Below are positions 18,060-27,204 of a stretch of 37,433 nt of DNA, in pieces. Source of the DNA: a virus (taxonomy: Duplodnaviria; Caudoviricetes); the IMG/VR virus record IMGVR_UViG_3300025073_000021, positions 1 through 37,433 of that record. One strand, written 5' to 3'. The notes beneath the pieces were generated by a model. It did no database searches, was not told where the DNA came from, and saw only the letters and a program-made list of their open reading frames with translations. The stretch's first letter is position 1, and every line of letters begins with the position of its first letter. The translations under genes and the position numbers were made by a program.

Positions 18060-18731
18060 ATGACACCAAATCAACTTCAAACTTTATTTCAAGAATTAGT
18101 GGATGATACTAATTTAGCAGAGTCAACGGTATACACGTTTTTTAATAATGCTTTTAATGCGTTATGGCTTAAAAGACCCTGGGAAATAGCAAAGAAGTCC
18201 GATGACACTAAGTCTACAACTGTAGGTGGCACGTCAGTTGCTCTACCTACTAAATTTTTAAGACCATTACCTATTTGGATTGGAAGCACACAGATTTTAC
18301 CTATAAAAAGAGAAGATAGACGTTTATTTAGAGACAGTATGTTTCGATATTACGTTGATTGGCAAACATCCACTATCAAACTGACTTATAGTCCTACGTC
18401 AGCAGAGACTATCTATTGGGATTACATCTATGAACCTGATAACGCATTTACAACTGCTCTTGAAAGCACTGATTTAGAGACAACTATCCCTGGATTTAAA
18501 AAAGCATTTCATCCGTTAGTAGCGTATGAGGCGGCAAAGCTCTTCTATTACCAGGAGGTAGGATCTAAGAACGATAGTTGGACTTCAGAAATGCAATTTG
18601 AATATGATAGACTTTTTAATTTAATGTGTAGTTGGGACGCAGGGTTAAAGTCTGACGCACAAAATACTTCAATCCCAGATTTAATTTATTCAGGAAACAA
18701 TCGCAGTGATGTGATTGAACTTGGAGAATAA
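18060..18731 (+). CDS. Head-tail adaptor protein
   Basis: N-terminal helical pair, VALPTKF and FHPLVAYEAA motifs; located before the nozzle gene. Confidence 0.75.
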   Translation: MTPNQLQTLFQELVDDTNLAESTVYTFFNNAFNALWLKRPWEIAKKSDDTKSTTVGGTSVALPTKFLRPLPIWIGSTQILPIKREDRRLFRDSMFRYYVDWQTSTIKLTYSPTSAETIYWDYIYEPDNAFTTALESTDLETTIPGFKKAFHPLVAYEAAKLFYYQEVGSKNDSWTSEMQFEYDRLFNLMCSWDAGLKSDAQNTSIPDLIYSGNNRSDVIELGE

Positions 18732-18732
18732 T

Positions 18733-20637
18733 ATGTCAAATAGAAGTGTAAAAACAAATCTATTCAAGTATGGTGTCGTAGATAAATACGAAGCCTCTGA
18801 AATCCCACGTGGTGCTGCTTCGGCTTCTTCTAATTTCTTGACTAAACTCGATAGTATCGAATTGACCCGTGGACGTAAACGCTTAGGAGCTGAGATTACT
18901 GGTTCAGGTAAAATAACTGGTTTAAAGGTGGGCTACACAGGCACGGGTACACAGGTGTTATATCGGACAATTTCAGGAGGGAAATTACAGTATTATAACT
19001 CAACTACTGAATTATGGGTTGACGTACAAACTGGACTAACAAACGAAGACCACCAGTTAGAACCATATCGTTCTTTGGCAGGTGCTCAACTTATCATGTC
19101 GTCTGACACTGATGGATATTATAAAGTCATGGTAGATAACGCAACTGCAGTTAATGTAAATGATAGCACTCAGCAACCTGTAAAAGGAAAATTGAGAATA
19201 AAACGAGGACGTTCGTTTATGTGGTCTCACTCTGACCCAGCGACATTATATGGGTCATATATAGACGACCAGAATGTAAGTGACCAATACACTGCTGTTT
19301 CTGCCGAAGCTGTCGGTGGTTCAGGAGCAACACGGGCAGGCACTTTAGGTTTTAAAGCTGGTGGTGCGAGAAGAACATGTTTTAAAGTTTCGTTTACCGA
19401 CGGGACTGAGACTATTTCAGATAACTTCGATGGAACGCTCACAGGGTCAGCAGGAGGAACAGGAACGATAAACTACGCTACGGGTGCTTATTCAGTGACA
19501 TTTAACGCCGCTCCTGGTGCTCCTGTAACTACAAGTTATTTCTGGGAAGATATAGCTGTTCATGGAATATTAGACTTTACCAAGTCTGGTACTCGTGGAG
19601 CTGGAGAAGGCTTCTCGCTAAAACAAGCAGAGGGTGGAGATTCAATTCAAAACGTCGTCGTATATTCTGATGAAATTTATTCATTTAAAGAGCGGTCAAT
19701 TTACAAACTTACTCTTTCAGATGATGATACTTCTATTCTGAACAAGGTTTTTTCTCATCGAGCTGGAATAACATATTGGAAAGCTCTGTGGGAAGACGAG
19801 GAAGGAATCTTTTTTATTGACGATTCAACTGAAAACGAACCAAAATTAAGAATTGTAAAGCCACAAGAAGCTAACGGCGTTGTCATGCCACAACTCGTAA
19901 CTGATGCTGTAGACCTAACAGGATATTTATTTGATGAGTGCGATATGGTTGGATGGGGTGATTATGTTGTATTTACAGGACGGTCTACTTCAGTGACAGA
20001 AAATGACACTTTATTCTTATTTCATAAGATTTATAGAAGTATAGATAAAATCAATTGGTCACTTTCACGTATTGAAGTCATTGATGGCTCTCTAGTAGGT
20101 GGCGAATCAATCTCACAAAACGTATACCTTCTTTTTTCTGGGTTAGATGATGACAACTTCGGTTTGGATGCGTCATGGGAAAGTAAAGACGATGAGTTAA
20201 GCGATAAAAACACTGACGCTTCAGGACTTAAAAAAGTAAAACGACTACGAGTACGCGGGCTTATTGGGGTGAATCAAAAGATATATGTTTATGCTAATTA
20301 TGACAATTCAGGGTATCAGCTTGTCATAGACACTGACCACCCACTAGGTGCAATCGAAGGAAATGCAAGTTATGTAGATGGTGGTCAAAGTGTTGCTGTT
20401 GGCGCGACAACCATAGGACGTTTTGAAATAGGTGGAGGAACATCAGGAATAACGGCTTATCCTTTTTATACAGAATTTCGCTTAAATAGCCCTAAATTTG
20501 AACGAGTACAGTTGAAGTTTGCTCTACAGGCAATCAATGACGATAACAGTGAAAATATAGGTTATGCCTCTATATCTGAATACGAATTTTATTCAATACT
20601 TGGAAAATCTAAACGTATACCAAGTAAATATTCTTAA
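18733..20637 (+). CDS. Tail nozzle / head-closure protein (P22 gp10-like beta-propeller)
   Basis: About 634 aa, beta-rich, with TRGRKRLG and KKVKRLRV motifs and an inserted GTINYATG domain. ATG 18733 preferred as start. Confidence 0.75.
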   Translation: MSNRSVKTNLFKYGVVDKYEASEIPRGAASASSNFLTKLDSIELTRGRKRLGAEITGSGKITGLKVGYTGTGTQVLYRTISGGKLQYYNSTTELWVDVQTGLTNEDHQLEPYRSLAGAQLIMSSDTDGYYKVMVDNATAVNVNDSTQQPVKGKLRIKRGRSFMWSHSDPATLYGSYIDDQNVSDQYTAVSAEAVGGSGATRAGTLGFKAGGARRTCFKVSFTDGTETISDNFDGTLTGSAGGTGTINYATGAYSVTFNAAPGAPVTTSYFWEDIAVHGILDFTKSGTRGAGEGFSLKQAEGGDSIQNVVVYSDEIYSFKERSIYKLTLSDDDTSILNKVFSHRAGITYWKALWEDEEGIFFIDDSTENEPKLRIVKPQEANGVVMPQLVTDAVDLTGYLFDECDMVGWGDYVVFTGRSTSVTENDTLFLFHKIYRSIDKINWSLSRIEVIDGSLVGGESISQNVYLLFSGLDDDNFGLDASWESKDDELSDKNTDASGLKKVKRLRVRGLIGVNQKIYVYANYDNSGYQLVIDTDHPLGAIEGNASYVDGGQSVAVGATTIGRFEIGGGTSGITAYPFYTEFRLNSPKFERVQLKFALQAINDDNSENIGYASISEYEFYSILGKSKRIPSKYS

Positions 20638-20640
20638 TCT

Positions 20641-22326
20641 ATGAAAAGAATTTTTATAGGCTTGCTACTCGCCTTAGTAGTTGCAACACCTGTGAACGCT
20701 TATGTGGTGCAAAGAGGGGACACATTATCAAAAGTCTCATCTCGTTTTGGTATGACATGGCAGGAATTATGGGACTTGAATAAAGATATTGAGAATCCTA
20801 ATTTAATCTATCCAGGACAGGAATTAGATACTGGTGGCGATATGTGGATTCCAGAACTCGGTGTGACTCCACTTGATGTTGTGGCACTCTACGAAGATAA
20901 TCTACAAAATACGATTACTACATCTGATACATCGCTTACACTTGTCAGAGGTACAGATAAATCAGGATCTGCTCTATCAGGTACGTTCGGATTTATCATA
21001 GATGAAGGAACGACATTAGAAGAATTTATTATAGGAACATGTGCTGGAACTGCATGTACTTCTCTACAACGAGGTATTTCTGTAACAGACGGAAAGACAG
21101 AGGTAACTGCTTTGAAAAAAGCACATAGAAAAGGTGCATCTATAAAAATGACTAATTATCCTATCTTAGGACGATTGAATCGAATTTTATCAGGTCAAGA
21201 CTCTACAGGAACGACGACGTGGAAATGGGGAGGCGAAGTTAACACAACTCCTCTTACTCTTTATTTCTCTAACGGTACTGCTACTAACCCATTCCTTAGA
21301 TATAACGGGACTAATTGGCAATTTTCTGATGATGGCATCTCAAGTACAAATTTGGTAACAGGTGGTGGTGGACTTACCGCTTCTACGACAGCAGGTATAG
21401 GTATCACAGATTCTAAAATATATGTCAACGCCTCCTCAACAACAGGTATGGCATTTGACACAGACGGAGCCTTATATCAGAAGACTCAAAGTGCGACAGG
21501 TGTAGAAAGTGATAGCAACGGAGTAAAAATCAACACTTCAACACTCACAAACCTTATCGCCACCTCAACCCCCACAGCTTCTAAGATTCCTATGGCTAAT
21601 AGTAGTGGTGAGTTACATAATGATTGGATAGATGAAGGAAACTTAAATACACAACCTTTTATCGCTGGAGAAACTATAGATACATCAAGCACACCTCAAG
21701 CAGTTTACTTCAGCACATCAACTGGGCAAGTTTTAAAGACAGATGCAGACGCTGTTATAACTACATTCGGTTTTATAGGTTTTGCACAATTCGGACAGAC
21801 TATAACATCAGGAAATGCTATTAACGTACAAACAGACGGACTTGTATATGGGTTTACAGGGCTTACTACTGGGACGGTGTACTATGTGTCAAATGTAACA
21901 GGTGGAATTAGTACGTCAGCAGGAACAAATAGTTACAAGATAGGTAGGGCTATATCCCCAACGACTCTTTTAATAGAGAGAGGACTCAAAGTAATCAGTG
22001 GCACGATGCAATTTACCGCCACTGCGACTACTATAATAAATACTGGTTTTCAAGCATCACGTGTGAGAATACATGCTATAGGAGATGGTGCTTCTAGCTT
22101 TGGAAGTCAAGGTGGTTGGTCAGTAAATGGAGGAAACGATTGTATAAGTTTTGATACAAATGGAACAGTAACTAATGCCATACGAACAGATGCATGGTAC
22201 ACAGGAGATGACGCTACTGTTTATCATACAGGAGCAATCACTGCCACAGATAGTACCGTTTCATTTGTAAATACAGAAACATCTAACTCAATTACTGTAG
22301 ACTTATTCTACGAAATTGAAGGTTAA
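20641..22326 (+). CDS. Signal peptide + LysM + tail-spike/needle-like protein
   Basis: MKRIFIGLLLALVVATPVNA signal; LysM YVVQRGDTLSKV...NPNLIYPGQEL; then tail-like domains (LQRGI..TDG, GLTTGTVYYVS). Confidence 0.85.
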   Translation: MKRIFIGLLLALVVATPVNAYVVQRGDTLSKVSSRFGMTWQELWDLNKDIENPNLIYPGQELDTGGDMWIPELGVTPLDVVALYEDNLQNTITTSDTSLTLVRGTDKSGSALSGTFGFIIDEGTTLEEFIIGTCAGTACTSLQRGISVTDGKTEVTALKKAHRKGASIKMTNYPILGRLNRILSGQDSTGTTTWKWGGEVNTTPLTLYFSNGTATNPFLRYNGTNWQFSDDGISSTNLVTGGGGLTASTTAGIGITDSKIYVNASSTTGMAFDTDGALYQKTQSATGVESDSNGVKINTSTLTNLIATSTPTASKIPMANSSGELHNDWIDEGNLNTQPFIAGETIDTSSTPQAVYFSTSTGQVLKTDADAVITTFGFIGFAQFGQTITSGNAINVQTDGLVYGFTGLTTGTVYYVSNVTGGISTSAGTNSYKIGRAISPTTLLIERGLKVISGTMQFTATATTIINTGFQASRVRIHAIGDGASSFGSQGGWSVNGGNDCISFDTNGTVTNAIRTDAWYTGDDATVYHTGAITATDSTVSFVNTETSNSITVDLFYEIEG

Positions 22327-22362
22327 TCTCTCAACCCATCTCTTGTAGGTGGGTTGGATAGA
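22327..22362 (+). other. Intergenic RNA hairpin with a C/AU internal loop (candidate processing site)
   Basis: tct-c-tcaacccatct/aggtgggttgg-at-aga. Confidence 0.55.
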
Positions 22363-22381
22363 CTAAATTTAATATAATACT

Positions 22382-24196
22382 ATGGCAATAATGGAACAAA
22401 GCATACTTGACCCAAATCAACAAGTGCCAAAAAGTGTCAACGATGCAATAAGGGCACAAACAGCACAAAGTGAGCAAAATTTTCAGCAAGAACTTGCTGT
22501 AGACATGCTCAAAAACAAACGAGTTGATGAAACAATAAATGATGCTGTCGTACCAGTAGCACCTACTGCTCCTGTAATAGACGAGGAAGCTATCAGGAGA
22601 CAAGAAGAAGAAGCTATTGCCCAACAAATCAAAGCAATAGAAGGAGTTTATGCTGGCGAGATTACAAAAGCAAAACAAGCTGGCGAGGGAAGAGTAAAAC
22701 AACGAACTGCCATCTCTACGGTACGAGGTGGTGCTGGTTCTGATTTTGCAGCTGCGGAAAAAGACGCTGTTGACGCATATAACGCTGATATTATCACAGG
22801 AATCAATCAACAAATGGCTGCTGAAATTGCCTCAGCACAGGCAAAAGGTAAGGGAAATGCACGTCAAGCGATAGCTGATGCGTATGATAACGCTGCTAAA
22901 AAGAAAGCTCTTGCTGATACCTACATTCAAGAAGAAAAAACTAAATTTAGCGATGCTCAAACAAAAGCCACAATACTTTCTCAATCTGGCGTAGGGTATG
23001 AATCACTCGATCCTGTTACTAGAGGTCTGCTAGAGAAGTATTATGGTGGTCTTGATGCTGCGAAAAATGTATATACGCAGTTAGGACAAACAGAAGCAGA
23101 AGTAAAAGAGGTAAACGGTATTTTATACGAAAAACAAACTGATGGAACATGGAAAGCACAGACACCTGGAGAGGAAACTGCTCAAAGTATCGATTATCAA
23201 TATGTTCCAGCGTCTAAATACCAAGAAGCAGGATATTTTAACAAGGCTACAGGTGAATTTTTACCTATTTCAGGTGTAAATAAGTCAACTAATAGTAGTG
23301 GTGTAGGTAGTGCTGTAGGTTACACTCCTTTTTATCCTTCATCATCTACCGAGACAACTCCTACCATAACAGCAAAAACATTTGAAGAATATTTAAAACA
23401 GGAAGAAGATAAAGCAGGACAGACATTTTCTCAAACTAAAAGAGATCAGCTCAAAAAGACTTACGAGGCTTCACAGGTAACTCCTACGGGAAACGCAACG
23501 AATGCAGACGTGAGCAAGTATTCGTATCAAGTTCAACAAGTTATAAAGGGCAACATGTCTGCTGAGAGTGTTCTTTCGGGTGGTACACAATCTGAAAGAA
23601 ACAAATATGCAAAAGAATTACAAGACGCTGAAAATAGAGGATTGCTAACCACCACAAACGAGGAAAAAATTTATAGCGGATTGGATAATAAAACAGCTAC
23701 GGCGGTAAAATCAAGAGTCACTTCATTTAAAACAGAGCCTATAGTCACTAATTTTAATGTAATTAGCGAGGGCTATAACACAGTAAAATCCATTTCTGAC
23801 ACATCTGAGAATCCAAGTGATCACCAAGCACTGATATACGCTTTTGCAAAAATCATGGACCCAAATTCTGTTGTACGAGAATCTGAATATGCTACCGTAC
23901 AAAAATACTCTCAATCACTAAAGGACGCTTATGGAAAAAGCATTACTAACGCTATAAATGGTACAGGTATTTTGTCTGAGCAGGCTGTTAAAAACATGAA
24001 ACAAACATTAGAAACAAAATATCAGTCTTCAAAGAAGAACTACGATAATGTATATAATCAATATATAAATGCAATAAATAATGCAACAGGTAGAGATGAT
24101 GGAGCAAAATTTTTAACTGACTATTCAACTGCATTTTCGTCTTCAATAAACAATCAAGGACAAACATCTAGCGGTCTTAAGTATTCAATAGAATAA
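22382..24196 (+). CDS. Internal virion (DNA ejection) protein 1
   Basis: 604 aa, A/Q-rich and helical; SDHQALIYAFAKIMDPNSVVRESEY motif typical of podophage ejection proteins. Confidence 0.75.
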   Translation: MAIMEQSILDPNQQVPKSVNDAIRAQTAQSEQNFQQELAVDMLKNKRVDETINDAVVPVAPTAPVIDEEAIRRQEEEAIAQQIKAIEGVYAGEITKAKQAGEGRVKQRTAISTVRGGAGSDFAAAEKDAVDAYNADIITGINQQMAAEIASAQAKGKGNARQAIADAYDNAAKKKALADTYIQEEKTKFSDAQTKATILSQSGVGYESLDPVTRGLLEKYYGGLDAAKNVYTQLGQTEAEVKEVNGILYEKQTDGTWKAQTPGEETAQSIDYQYVPASKYQEAGYFNKATGEFLPISGVNKSTNSSGVGSAVGYTPFYPSSSTETTPTITAKTFEEYLKQEEDKAGQTFSQTKRDQLKKTYEASQVTPTGNATNADVSKYSYQVQQVIKGNMSAESVLSGGTQSERNKYAKELQDAENRGLLTTTNEEKIYSGLDNKTATAVKSRVTSFKTEPIVTNFNVISEGYNTVKSISDTSENPSDHQALIYAFAKIMDPNSVVRESEYATVQKYSQSLKDAYGKSITNAINGTGILSEQAVKNMKQTLETKYQSSKKNYDNVYNQYINAINNATGRDDGAKFLTDYSTAFSSSINNQGQTSSGLKYSIE

Positions 24197-24197
24197 T

Positions 24198-25601
24198 ATG
24201 CCAAAAGTTAAATTTGAAACGGGGCAAGTCGTAAATTTTGAGACAATGCCTACAGCACAAGATATAGAGGAAGTGGCACAAAAACTAGGTATTCAAAAAA
24301 AAGTTGAGCCACTTAAAAAAACATTTCTTAACAAAGCTGTTGATTTTGGTAAAGATGTTTTAACTTCTTTAGGTTCAACTGCTGTAAGAAGTCTTGTCGA
24401 AAGTAGCCCAATTATTAGTGCTATTGACCCATCAAGACAGTTACGTCAACGTCTTCCTGAAAATATTAAAACCCCAATAGGTGATATAGGAGTCAGATAT
24501 TCTTCTGATCCAAAAAAGGCAGTAGGGCAAGGTTTTGGTGATTTAGCGAATATAGTCGGTGGAGAAGGCGCAGGCAGTGTTGTACGCAAAACATTACAAA
24601 AAAGTGTTCTTAGTCCTATCTATCAAGGTGTTAAGACAGGAGTAAAAGCTGGTGGACTGCAAGGAGTTGGTTCTGGTTTCCAAGAAAGTAAAAGTTTACA
24701 AGAGTCTGCTTTACAAGGAGCTACTGGGGCGGTTGTTGGCGGTGCATTAGGCGGAACTTTGAGTGCTGTTACTCCTGTAGCGATTAAAACTCTGAATAAA
24801 ATACCAGGGTTTGTCAAAGCTGTCGCACAGCCAAGCAAAACTATTGGAACTGCCCTAAAAGATGTTGGAGAAAAAATTCAAACAACTGTCATTAAACCAA
24901 CAACAAAGGACAGATCAGCGGGATTTAAAATTGAAAATGTCACTAAATATGACGTTGGCGGAAATTTGGGGGACTCTCTTAATAAAACTGTATCAAAGAT
25001 AAGAGATTATTCTCGACAATTAAATACTCTGATTAAAGAAAAGGGAGACCAAAAAATACTAAGTTTGTCTAACGTGCTTGATGAACTAAAATCTAAATAT
25101 GAAAATAGAGGTTTGGCAGGTCTTGGAACTCAATCTCAAACTCTCAAAACAATTAAAGAAATTGAAAATGAACTTGATTTAATCCAACCTAATTGGAGGA
25201 ATCAAAATATTAGTCTTGCAGAAGGAATACAGACAAAAAGAGCCGCTGGTTTAAAAGCTGCATTTGAACATGACCCGCTCAAATCTGGTGCAAGCTCACA
25301 AGAACAGGTATGGAATGATCTTTATATGGTTTTGAAAAACAAAACAGAAGGTGTTGCTCCTGAAGGTCTTGCAGAAGTGAACAAAGCACTTTCTGAACTT
25401 ATACCGATTGAACAAGCTATTATACGAAGAATACCAGTAAGCCAAAGGAATAGTGTTTTGTCTTTGACAGATATGATAGGTCTAACAGGCTCTCTTGTTG
25501 ACCCAAGAGCTCTCACTATAAATGTAATAAATAGAATATTGAAGAGTGGTAAGGTAGCAAATACTCTATCTCAAACTGGGAAAAAATTACTTGGAAGATG
25601 A
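24198..25601 (+). CDS. Internal virion (DNA ejection) protein 2
   Basis: 467 aa with a Gly/Ala-rich membrane-inserting segment and a basic helical C-terminal half; last gene of the late operon. Confidence 0.7.
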   Translation: MPKVKFETGQVVNFETMPTAQDIEEVAQKLGIQKKVEPLKKTFLNKAVDFGKDVLTSLGSTAVRSLVESSPIISAIDPSRQLRQRLPENIKTPIGDIGVRYSSDPKKAVGQGFGDLANIVGGEGAGSVVRKTLQKSVLSPIYQGVKTGVKAGGLQGVGSGFQESKSLQESALQGATGAVVGGALGGTLSAVTPVAIKTLNKIPGFVKAVAQPSKTIGTALKDVGEKIQTTVIKPTTKDRSAGFKIENVTKYDVGGNLGDSLNKTVSKIRDYSRQLNTLIKEKGDQKILSLSNVLDELKSKYENRGLAGLGTQSQTLKTIKEIENELDLIQPNWRNQNISLAEGIQTKRAAGLKAAFEHDPLKSGASSQEQVWNDLYMVLKNKTEGVAPEGLAEVNKALSELIPIEQAIIRRIPVSQRNSVLSLTDMIGLTGSLVDPRALTINVINRILKSGKVANTLSQTGKKLLGR

Positions 25602-25760
25602 TTTTTTGTTAGATAACAAATTATTGATTTCATCATTTTTTTCATTGTAATTGTCTAGTGCGTCATTGATTTTTTCAGTTTCTTTAGCTTTACTCCACCA
25701 CGCAAATATGATAAAAACAATCGCTAAAAAAATTCCTAAAACACTTAGTTGTATTGTCAT
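25587..25760 (-). CDS. 57-aa N-terminally anchored membrane protein (not in the ORF track)
   Basis: MTIQLSVLGIFLAIVFIIFAWWSKAKETEKINDALDNY... Confidence 0.6.
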   Translation of the reverse strand: MTIQLSVLGIFLAIVFIIFAWWSKAKETEKINDALDNYNEKNDEINNLLSNKKSSSK

Positions 25761-25767
25761 ATATTTA

Positions 25768-25968
25768 TTATTTAATTCTATTAGCTTTATCTATACAATA
25801 TTTAATCACTTCATCTGGAACCATTGTTACATCATTATTTGAGATGAAGCAATCGTTAAAAACTTGGTTTCTTGCATGTTTTTTAACTAAGTAATTACTA
25901 TCAGTCAATAAAAGTATAACTATATTTATATTGATGATAATTATTATAATAAAAACTTTCCAAAACAT
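25768..25968 (-). CDS. 66-aa N-terminally anchored membrane protein with a Cys pair
   Basis: Ile-rich TM then a soluble C...C domain; downstream of a leftward promoter. Confidence 0.6.
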   Translation of the reverse strand: MFWKVFIIIIIININIVILLLTDSNYLVKKHARNQVFNDCFISNNDVTMVPDEVIKYCIDKANRIK

Positions 25969-26002
25969 ATAATTATAAATTACCCTGAAACCTTAACACG
26001 TC

Positions 26003-26031
26003 ACACTACTCTAAAACAGAATATATGTCAA
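26003..26031 (-). promoter_or_regulatory. Leftward sigma70-type promoter
   Basis: TTGACA-17-TAGTGT on the minus strand. Confidence 0.55.
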
Positions 26032-26047
26032 GACCGCTTACCTAAAG

Positions 26048-26092
26048 AGTATACAATTATTGTAGGTTTTTAGCCAAATATATGGTGGATAA
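26048..26092 (-). promoter_or_regulatory. Leftward promoter with an upstream DnaA-like box
   Basis: TTATCCACC (26092-26084), then TTGGCT-18-TATACT. Confidence 0.4.
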
Positions 26093-26103
26093 GTAGGGGA
26101 AAG

Positions 26104-26140
26104 TTATACACATCACAAAATACTAAATGAGTGATATACT
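26104..26140 (+). promoter_or_regulatory. DnaA box plus extended -10 promoter
   Basis: TTATACACA (26104-26112) and TG-A-TATACT (26132-26140). Confidence 0.45.
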
Positions 26141-26187
26141 TGACTTATCTGATAAATTGTTGTATAAGAATATTCTATAATAAAAAC

Positions 26188-26255
26188 AAAACCCGTCCAA
26201 CTAGGACGGGAAGTCTCGCAGACTTAGGCACTCTTAATAGGAGTGTCTTTTGTTT
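26188..26255 (+). ncRNA. Candidate small antisense RNA (three hairpins, the last a terminator)
   Basis: cccgtcc/ggacggg, aagtct/agactt and aggcactctt/aggagtgtct followed by T-rich sequence; TATAAT at 26176; overlaps the 3' end of the minus-strand ORF. Confidence 0.5.
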
Positions 26256-26379
26256 CTTCAAACTTCATTTGAGCAGGTCTTTCAACCTCTACCTCAAAAC
26301 AAAATGCTTGAAGTCCACGATCTCGAGCATAAATTCTATGCCCTTTAATCGTAATCCACGGCCTACAAATTGTAGACAT
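26224..26379 (-). CDS. 51-aa uncharacterised protein (not in the ORF track)
   Basis: MSTICRPWITIKGHRIYARDRGLQAFCFEVEVERPAQMKFEETKDTPIKSA; lies downstream of a long structured leader. Confidence 0.65.
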   Translation of the reverse strand: MSTICRPWITIKGHRIYARDRGLQAFCFEVEVERPAQMKFEETKDTPIKSA

Positions 26380-26409
26380 AAGATACAGTCACATCCTCTA
26401 AACTAAGGG

Positions 26410-26635
26410 AATGGTTTAGCCCTCCTAAGTAGCCGATTTACGCTACTTAGTAGAGCCAAACAAAAAACCTGTACCCAGTCTTAGCGTAGGCGCAAATACA
26501 CTTTTTAGGGTGAAAGTACGCACTAGAGCGTATGATCCTTTTAAGACCTACGCCAAGACTAGAAACAAGTTTAATCTTGTGTATTTGCTTTTGACGGGGA
26601 TCAGCCGTATTTGATAAAAGAGCACATTTATCTTA
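26410..26635 (-). ncRNA. Long structured leader / ncRNA
   Basis: Stems 26414-26461 and 26465-26572 pair best (G-U) on the minus strand; alternative 10-bp pairing 26492-26501/26579-26588; boxA-like TGCTCTTTTATCA near the 5' end. Confidence 0.6.
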
Positions 26636-26641
26636 ACACCT

Positions 26642-26677
26642 ATTATAACCTAATTCAAACATCTAAATTGTGGATAA
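26642..26677 (-). promoter_or_regulatory. Leftward -10 element with a perfect DnaA box
   Basis: TTATCCACA (26677-26669) and TATAAT (26647-26642); no good -35. Confidence 0.5.
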
Positions 26678-26769
26678 TTACCTAAAAGGGGACTTCTTTT
26701 TATAGCTTGGTAACTTTTTATCTTTCCACGCTAGTATCACTCCTAATGCAAGAGTGCCAAGTATTATTA

Positions 26770-26798
26770 TTGACAAAACTTTCATAAAGTTATAGGGT
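26770..26798 (+). promoter_or_regulatory. Rightward promoter
   Basis: TTGACA-17-TAGGGT, followed by a multi-hairpin leader. Confidence 0.45.
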
Positions 26799-26953
26799 TG
26801 CTTGTTACATTATCTTTCCCCCAAAGAAAGTGTAACAAAGAGAGTAGGGGCTTCTAGTAGGGGTGAGCCTACTATCAGCACAGTACTCTCACTTAAATCA
26901 TATCATATAATGACTGTGTACGCTATGCGGTGTGTACAGTCGGGTGAGATTAT

Positions 26954-27175
26954 ATGTTTCTTACGTTGACCTCTCCATTAGGAGGGAAAACTTTGCGTTC
27001 TTTGTGGTGTTCTGTAGAAAACAAGCCTAACGTCTCTATAGACCCCGATAGAGAGCCTACGTTAGTTCTAAACGAATTAGCGTGGAAAATAGGTTACACC
27101 TATAAAGACCTTAAAAAAGGCGACCCAATATACATCAAACGAGACCAATACGACCAATTAAAAAAGCTCTCCTAA
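26954..27175 (+). CDS. Small hypothetical protein (alternative SD-led TTG start at 26993)
   Basis: ORF between a structured leader and a terminator. Confidence 0.55.
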   Translation: MFLTLTSPLGGKTLRSLWCSVENKPNVSIDPDREPTLVLNELAWKIGYTYKDLKKGDPIYIKRDQYDQLKKLS

Positions 27176-27188
27176 TAGGGGAGTTTTT
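27161..27188. terminator. Bidirectional intrinsic terminator
   Basis: aaaaagctctcc-taat-aggggagttttt. Confidence 0.65.
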
Positions 27189-27204
27189 AGTTGGTGAAAC
27201 AAAC

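Noticed and set aside
154-25516. Numerous minus-strand ORFs of 60-160 aa within structural genes
   Set aside because: Antisense shadows of long plus-strand genes, with no independent start signals or motifs.
26131-26406. 91-aa plus-strand ORF, and 25651-25842(+)
   Set aside because: They run across promoters, hairpins and better-supported minus-strand genes, and have no protein-like features.
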